From a virus (lineage: Duplodnaviria > Caudoviricetes): a stretch of DNA of 29,569 nt. The stretch lies in IMG/VR virus record IMGVR_UViG_3300010412_000110, positions 1 through 29,569 of that record. One strand, written 5' to 3'. Below are positions 24,742 to 29,569 of this stretch, piece after piece; the stretch's first letter is position 1; each line of letters starts with the position of its first letter. A program made the translations under genes and the position numbers. Below the pieces are notes generated by a model. It was not told the DNA's origin. It did not search any database and saw only the letters and a program-made list of their open reading frames with translations.

Positions 24742-24785
24742 TGGCCATATATGATCAATTATAGCCGTTAAGTGGCCATATATGA
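24742..24785. repeat. 13-bp direct repeat TGGCCATATATGA, two copies
   Basis: Copies at 24742-24754 and 24773-24785, intergenic. Confidence 0.8.
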
Positions 24786-24789
24786 CCTA

Positions 24790-25491
24790 TTACTTGTAGC
24801 TATCCAATAGTGCTTTCTTACGAGCCATGAAATTGGTGTGTAGCTCTTTCCAGTTATGAAGACCAGAATTCTTGAACAGACCATGAACATGATTGTCATC
24901 GATATTCTTTACAGCCTCTAGACCGTGATGTTCTGCCTCAGGATGCTGCTTGAACACGCTACTAAAGACATGGCCAGAAGCTTCATGATTGTTTCTTAGG
25001 CTGTCCTTTTCACCAATGTCTGGACCATAATCCTTATGAGAACCACGAGCACGGAAATGGAAAGAAGCACCATGATCAATAGCATGAAGATCATCAGTCT
25101 TCTTATTATGAACAATATTATCGTGCTCTAGACCAACGATATCCCAATTCTTGGTTAGAACAGCGGCATGATACATTTTACCAATCTGGTTCGCATGTTT
25201 CTTGCTTACGTTGTCATAAAAAGAAGGACTCTTGGTGCTGACATGCTCATTCCATTCTGTCTTGATACCGGAATCACCATGAAGTTCTGGCTTTACAGTA
25301 TGAATACCCATATGATCGTAAATCTTACCAGCAAGTGCTTCTACCTTGGCATGATCTGGATTCTTGTACTGCTTTACGTAGTACTTCTTACCAGTTTCAG
25401 TATCTTGGTGAACACCGCCTTCATTAGAGCCATACTGTGTGCCGGGAATCTTTTCTAGTGTTTCCGCCATGAATTGAGATAGAGTCTTCAT
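24790..25491 (-). CDS. Atypical kinase-like protein (PI3/4-kinase/HipA-like fold) with capsid-targeting N-terminus
   Basis: GSNEGG, YYVK, VEALA, NWD...DNI, AIDHG; starts MKTLSQFMAE; GATAAATA upstream. Confidence 0.7.
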   Translation of the reverse strand: MKTLSQFMAETLEKIPGTQYGSNEGGVHQDTETGKKYYVKQYKNPDHAKVEALAGKIYDHMGIHTVKPELHGDSGIKTEWNEHVSTKSPSFYDNVSKKHANQIGKMYHAAVLTKNWDIVGLEHDNIVHNKKTDDLHAIDHGASFHFRARGSHKDYGPDIGEKDSLRNNHEASGHVFSSVFKQHPEAEHHGLEAVKNIDDNHVHGLFKNSGLHNWKELHTNFMARKKALLDSYK

Positions 25492-25523
25492 TGAAAATCC
25501 TTGTATTGAATGTTTTATTTTAT

Positions 25524-25874
25524 TTATCCAACACCGATCTTCCGGCGTCCTTCGTGGACCCATTCGGTATCATAAAAACGATGGCCCTTAAGGTTCCACT
25601 TTTCATATACAGGTTCGCCGTTATCGTCTTCATCGACAACAACCCAAGCCACAGTCTTAAGAACCTTGGCATAGCGAAAACCATGTTCAACGCCTTCGAT
25701 CTTGTTAGTCACATAAACGATATGCGGACAATCAGGCGCAAAGTCGATACCTTCATCAGGACGAATAGCATACTCGAAAAAGTTGCCAGTTTCCTTTTCG
25801 TCAAACCCACCAAGGATAATGGGAGTGTTAACGTCGAAGATAGCCTTTTCATTGGTGTGCGGTGCAAATGCCAT
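25524..25874 (-). CDS. Hypothetical protein
   Basis: 116 aa with AGGAG RBS. Confidence 0.75.
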   Translation of the reverse strand: MAFAPHTNEKAIFDVNTPIILGGFDEKETGNFFEYAIRPDEGIDFAPDCPHIVYVTNKIEGVEHGFRYAKVLKTVAWVVVDEDDNGEPVYEKWNLKGHRFYDTEWVHEGRRKIGVG

Positions 25875-25886
25875 GATATATTCTCC

Positions 25887-26171
25887 TTAACCTACAAAAC
25901 CGTCAATGATGCGAACAAGGTCTTCTGCATACACAGAATCAATCGTCTTGTCAACCTTCACTTCATACTTACGAATACGGAAGAATTCGATATCGTACAG
26001 GTCCATACCTTCGTTGTACTTGATGTAGACATAGCCCTTCCAAGGAGTCATACCAGAAGTCTTGAACTTGAGACCGTTACCCATGTTGACCAGTTCCTTG
26101 GCACCCCATGCAAACAATGCCATCGGGTCAATCATCTTGATCTGCGAAAGAATGGTCTGAGCGATAGTCAT
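25887..26171 (-). CDS. Hypothetical early protein
   Basis: 94 aa with GGAG RBS; TTGACA and AT-rich tract upstream (about 26222-26260). Confidence 0.75.
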   Translation of the reverse strand: MTIAQTILSQIKMIDPMALFAWGAKELVNMGNGLKFKTSGMTPWKGYVYIKYNEGMDLYDIEFFRIRKYEVKVDKTIDSVYAEDLVRIIDGFVG

Positions 26172-26321
26172 AAAAAAGTCTCCGTTGCTGATGAATTTCT
26201 TCTACAACAACGGAGACACACTGTCAACACTTATTTTAAAATTATTTTGATTTTTTCAGAAAAAGATACAAGGTAAGTGCAAAAATACCAAGAATGGTGA
26301 TTGCTAGCCAATTATCAGGTG

Positions 26322-26708
26322 TCATCCCAGAGTCCCCTTAATGTAACCATAACCAAGATCGAAGTGATATTCGAGGCTTTCATAACCGTACCACTTCATC
26401 GAATCAAGTTCGTCTTCTGCATCAGCGATGATTTCAATAGCGCGAACCCGGTTGATACCCTGAACCAGTTCCATGGTATCCTTGACACGCTGTTCAAAGC
26501 GTTCACGGTTCTTAATCTGCTGCTTCTTCTCTTCTTCCATCTGTTCATTCAGACGGACAACAAGACGCTCATAGTCAGCATCGAAGTCTTCAAGACTTTC
26601 AAATCGAGCATAGCGAGGACGGCAACCATAAACGTCCTTGTACAGGTCCGAATAGATATCGCCATCGTGGCTGTTGGTGAGAGTGTTAATGTCAGAGAGA
26701 GTAAGCAT
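26322..26708 (-). CDS. Hypothetical early protein
   Basis: YSDLYKDVYGCRPR motif; AAGGA RBS; promoter TTGACA-N17-TATACA at 26765-26737. Confidence 0.75.
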   Translation of the reverse strand: MLTLSDINTLTNSHDGDIYSDLYKDVYGCRPRYARFESLEDFDADYERLVVRLNEQMEEEKKQQIKNRERFEQRVKDTMELVQGINRVRAIEIIADAEDELDSMKWYGYESLEYHFDLGYGYIKGTLG

Positions 26709-26785
26709 GGTGTGTTCCTTTCGTCTTGATGAACCCTGTATAGTGGTTATCAAAACATATGTCAACACCTATTTTGAAAAAAATA

Positions 26786-26862
26786 TGGTAGGGGCAGTGG
26801 GACTCGAACCCACACTGTAGAGATTTTAAGTCTCCTGACTCTTCCGATTGGCCTATACCCCC
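26786..26862 (-). tRNA. tRNA-Leu(UAA), short variable loop
   Basis: GGAGA-CUUAAAA-UCUCU anticodon arm, encoded CCA. Confidence 0.9.
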
Positions 26863-26869
26863 ACGAAAA

Positions 26870-27058
26870 TCATTCTTCCGTTTCTATATATTCATCAATT
26901 AAACGGATTGCTTTATGAAGAGGATTAATACCAATCATGCATGGCGGCAGTTTTCCACCAGCGGCTTCAAATCCAGCAAACCAGTGTTGTAGGCGTCGAA
27001 GTTCTTGACGAGTGTATTCAACATAACTCTTATTTGGTTTTTGCTTTTTCTTAGCCAT
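26870..27058 (-). CDS. Hypothetical protein
   Basis: 62 aa from MAKKKQKP with AGGA RBS, between tRNAs. Confidence 0.65.
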   Translation of the reverse strand: MAKKKQKPNKSYVEYTRQELRRLQHWFAGFEAAGGKLPPCMIGINPLHKAIRLIDEYIETEE

Positions 27059-27073
27059 AATATATCCTAGTTT

Positions 27074-27148
27074 TGGTACCCAATGGTGGTTACGCTCCAC
27101 CTTCTCTACCATGTCAAGGTAGTGTTCTAACTAGTGAACTAATCGGGC
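27074..27148 (-). tRNA. tRNA-Val(GAC) with atypical T and D loops
   Basis: CUACC-UUGACAU-GGUAG; T loop AGCGUAA; encoded CCA. Confidence 0.8.
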
Positions 27149-27152
27149 ATGA

Positions 27153-27229
27153 TGGTGTGAAGTAAGGGATTCGAACCCTTTATCTCTGGTACCACAAACC
27201 AGCGCATCATCCATGTCTGCCTACTTCAC
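27153..27229 (-). tRNA. tRNA-His(GUG)
   Basis: CUGGU-UUGUGGU-ACCAG; A73-CCA. Confidence 0.9.
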
Positions 27230-27238
27230 CACAAGTTC

Positions 27239-27316
27239 TGGTAGCCCTAGTCAGATTCGAACTGACACCGTTATCGCTTTTGAGACGATTGCCTCTGCCA
27301 ATTGGGCTATAGGGCC
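27239..27316 (-). tRNA. tRNA-Leu(CAA), short variable loop
   Basis: AUCGU-CUCAAAA-GCGAU; encoded CCA. Confidence 0.9.
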
Positions 27317-27321
27317 ATGTA

Positions 27322-27741
27322 TTATATATCTAGTTTTGTCTTAGCCCACTCAATATAATCTCTGATACGTTTACCGCCAACAGGATTCATAGAGTGAACT
27401 TCGTATTCTGGAAACTTATAACCGTTATTCGCACAAAAGTCAACAAGAAACTTTGCACAGTCATAACCGGTCTTTTCTTTTCCATAATCAAAGGTTAGAT
27501 TCATCCCGCCTTGATCGTCTTCGAAAAAGAAAGTATATTGTTGTGCTTCAACTTCCTTAAGCATGACTTCATAGTGTTCATCTGCCAAGTCATGATCAAA
27601 TGATACAAACTTGGGGACACCATACTTAGTCACGAGAAGCACAAACTCATTATAGTTACGAGCAATTTCCCACGTTGCAAAAGGAAGACGTACCCATTTT
27701 ACATCGTATGGCTTTCTCTCATCGTCTAGAAACAGGTACAT
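27322..27741 (-). CDS. Cyclic-phosphate-processing receiver-domain protein
   Basis: LFLDDER...SFDHDL...KTGYD...VHSMNPVG. Confidence 0.8.
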   Translation of the reverse strand: MYLFLDDERKPYDVKWVRLPFATWEIARNYNEFVLLVTKYGVPKFVSFDHDLADEHYEVMLKEVEAQQYTFFFEDDQGGMNLTFDYGKEKTGYDCAKFLVDFCANNGYKFPEYEVHSMNPVGGKRIRDYIEWAKTKLDI

Positions 27742-27756
27742 CTTATTATCCTTTTA

Positions 27757-27831
27757 TGGTGCTGACTATGGGGATCGAACCCATGACCTCACCCTTACCA
27801 AGGGTGTGCACTACCACTGTGCTAAGTCAGC
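27757..27831 (-). tRNA. tRNA-Thr(GGU)
   Basis: CACCC-UUGGUAA-GGGUG; canonical cloverleaf with CCA. Confidence 0.95.
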
Positions 27832-27841
27832 ATATTAGCGT

Positions 27842-27997
27842 TTACTGGTTGTCATAAAATTTCTTAAGTTGATTACGTGCAGCATATAATTTAGCATTGG
27901 CAATCTGTGCATTGCGATATTCTACAACAACACCAGCAACACGCTGTGACTCTTCATTGCCCATTTTCTTTGGAATTTCAATACCAGCATACTTCAT
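27842..27997 (-). CDS. Small hypothetical protein (51 aa)
   Basis: Not in ORF track. MKYAGIEIPKKMGNEESQRVAGVVVEYRNAQ... with AGGA RBS. Confidence 0.6.
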   Translation of the reverse strand: MKYAGIEIPKKMGNEESQRVAGVVVEYRNAQIANAKLYAARNQLKKFYDNQ

Positions 27998-28012
27998 AAC
28001 AAAATCCTAAAA

Positions 28013-28102
28013 TGGCGGAACATCAGGGAATCGAACCCTGTCAACCTTTTAACGGGTTGTACGCATTAGCAGTGCGCTGCATTACCATCCTGCCCATGTT
28101 CC
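28013..28102 (-). tRNA. tRNA-Ser(GCU)
   Basis: Anticodon loop CUGCUAA, long variable arm, G73-CCA. Confidence 0.93.
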
Positions 28103-28311
28103 ATTAGCTCTTTAAGAAGCTCTTCGCCCTTTTCAGTGATGAAGGCTGTACCAAGAGACCAACTAACATAGCCTTCAAATACCATATAATAGTAGTAATG
28201 GTACAGCCTCTTATCACCACCACGATACTTAGCCAAGAGCAAAAGACGCTTCAACTTTGTATCAGAAAAGAACTTCCATTCATTAGTATTGTGGTCGTAA
28301 TACTTCATCAC
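28066..28311 (-). CDS. Hypothetical protein (3' end overlaps tRNA-Ser)
   Basis: 81 aa; start overlaps upstream stop; ITEKGEELL winged-helix-like end. Confidence 0.6.
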   Translation of the reverse strand: MMKYYDHNTNEWKFFSDTKLKRLLLLAKYRGGDKRLYHYYYYMVFEGYVSWSLGTAFITEKGEELLKELMEHGQDGNAAHC

Positions 28312-28871
28312 ATAATCCTTGGACCATTACCATTGCGGAAGCCGATTGTACCACCCTGTTCTACGATCTTCTTCTGTACTTCTTCAAAAGCAATAGGACG
28401 AAAATCAGTCTGCTCAACACAAACACAGAAGTAGTCAGGATCGATTACATCACCCATCATAACACGATTGCCATGAGTGTGACCATGGATATTGCAACCA
28501 AATCGTGCAAGGCTATCCTTACTGATAGGAATGTGAGACAGGATCAAACCGTTCATCACATGATATCCACGAATGTCACGAAAATACTTAGTGTAATCCG
28601 TCAGTTTGAAGATATCATGGTTGCCCTTGATGAGAACCTTGTCACCGTTCAGGCGTTCCATAATGGACAGGGACTTACGATTGATAACAACGTCTCCAAG
28701 ATGATAGACCTTATCTTTCGGTCCTACCGTCTCGTTCCAACGCTTTACCATTTCCTCGTCCATTTCCTCTACGTTATCCCAAGGACGTACAGGAGAACCA
28801 TCATAGTTTTCAAAAACACAAATGTTCTTGTGTCCAAAGTGTGTGTCGCTTGTCAGAAAAACGTTACTCAT
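28308..28871 (-). CDS. Calcineurin-like metallophosphoesterase
   Basis: SDTHFGH, HLGD, GNHD, SHIP, IHGHTH. Confidence 0.92.
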   Translation of the reverse strand: MSNVFLTSDTHFGHKNICVFENYDGSPVRPWDNVEEMDEEMVKRWNETVGPKDKVYHLGDVVINRKSLSIMERLNGDKVLIKGNHDIFKLTDYTKYFRDIRGYHVMNGLILSHIPISKDSLARFGCNIHGHTHGNRVMMGDVIDPDYFCVCVEQTDFRPIAFEEVQKKIVEQGGTIGFRNGNGPRIM

Positions 28872-28896
28872 TATATTCCCTCTCAATCATGACAGG

Positions 28897-28925
28897 GTTA
28901 TATCACTTTACGTTTTGCCTGTCAA
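28897..28925 (-). promoter_or_regulatory. Sigma70-like early promoter
   Basis: TTGACA-N17-TATAAC. Confidence 0.7.
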
Positions 28926-29563
28926 CCTTTCTTTAAAATTTTTACGTGAACACCATTAGCAGCGAGTGGAACTTTCTTGATTTCTACTTCATGACCATGA
29001 CGTTTAGCATAGTCGTGAACATAGTCCTTTAGTTCGTTACCGTCAAAACCTTTTTGATAAGAAGTGGTGCCTTTCTTCTTAACCCACATCGACTTAGGTT
29101 CATCACCCGGTTCGTAATTCTTGTTTGTGTCGATATCGCCTTTCCATTTGCGAGTACCGATGATAATATGTCCACCTTCCTTGACAGGATTGAACAGCGA
29201 ATGCATAACGTGCTCACGAACATGCGGCTCTACAACGTTAAGCACATTGTGGCTTACAGCAGCGTGATATGCGTTATGTGGAATCTTGGAGCCATCTGTG
29301 TATTCTGGCTTCTCTTTGCGCTTCTCTGGATTAGGTTCCATATCGTGAATGGTGTGACCACTATCTTCTCCTAGACCACGATGTAGTGCCTTGCGAGTAT
29401 GATCTAGACCAGCACCAACGCTAATGATCTTAGAGTTTGGTTCCAGCTTGTCGCTAAGATACTTGCCGGTCTTTTCGTAAGTACCACCAGTAGTAGCAAC
29501 CTGTGTAGCACCAGTGTCATTGATACGTGCAGTTTCTAGAATGAATTGAGATAGAGTCTTCAT
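28922..29563 (-). CDS. Class I SAM-dependent methyltransferase with capsid-targeting N-terminus
   Basis: IISVGAG, DMEP, HNVLNVV, GGHIIIGTR, YQKGF; starts MKTLSQFILE. Confidence 0.75.
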   Translation of the reverse strand: MKTLSQFILETARINDTGATQVATTGGTYEKTGKYLSDKLEPNSKIISVGAGLDHTRKALHRGLGEDSGHTIHDMEPNPEKRKEKPEYTDGSKIPHNAYHAAVSHNVLNVVEPHVREHVMHSLFNPVKEGGHIIIGTRKWKGDIDTNKNYEPGDEPKSMWVKKKGTTSYQKGFDGNELKDYVHDYAKRHGHEVEIKKVPLAANGVHVKILKKG

Positions 29564-29569
29564 GAAAAA

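Noticed and set aside
25491-26729. Long plus-strand ORFs 25491-26276 and 26301-26729, and other antisense ORFs such as 165-401, 304-573, 9453-10010 and 14883-15314
   Set aside because: Shadow frames opposite well-supported genes, lacking RBS and recognisable motifs
1-29569. Genome-wide TAG-to-sense recoding
   Set aside because: Recognisable genes are full length under the standard code with no in-frame TAG in this window

Overview
A 29.6-kb segment of a T4-like myovirus genome, probably infecting an alphaproteobacterium (two-piece tmRNA with an ANDN...LAA tag, tRNA-His with A73). Bases 1-14.2k hold the conserved core: baseplate/tail genes (gp5 partial, hub, gp53, gp48, gp4, gp2, gp54, gp26/gp51, two tape-measure-like genes, one with lysozyme and M23 domains), gp32, gp59, gp33 and a cell-wall hydrolase. 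Bases 14.6-19.9k form a minus-strand RNA-repair/ribosome-rescue island. It has a Ro60/TROVE-like (DUF2828-type)-vWA gene and six ncRNA candidates that share one terminal stem plus a C(A/C)GC(A/C) motif but carry different, mostly tRNA-mimicking cargo. It also has a Pth2-like gene, an amber-suppressor tRNA, a tiny leader ORF with an in-frame UAG ending in GPP-stop, a GIY-YIG endonuclease and a permuted tmRNA. Bases 20.7-29.6k encode a suite of His-rich proteins, most with T4-type capsid-targeting N-termini (three ADP-ribosyltransferase paralogs, a kinase-like protein, a methyltransferase, plus a Nudix hydrolase without that signal), early hypothetical genes, six further tRNAs and two RNA end-healing enzymes. 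All calls come from reading the sequence by eye; no searches or folding programs were run.
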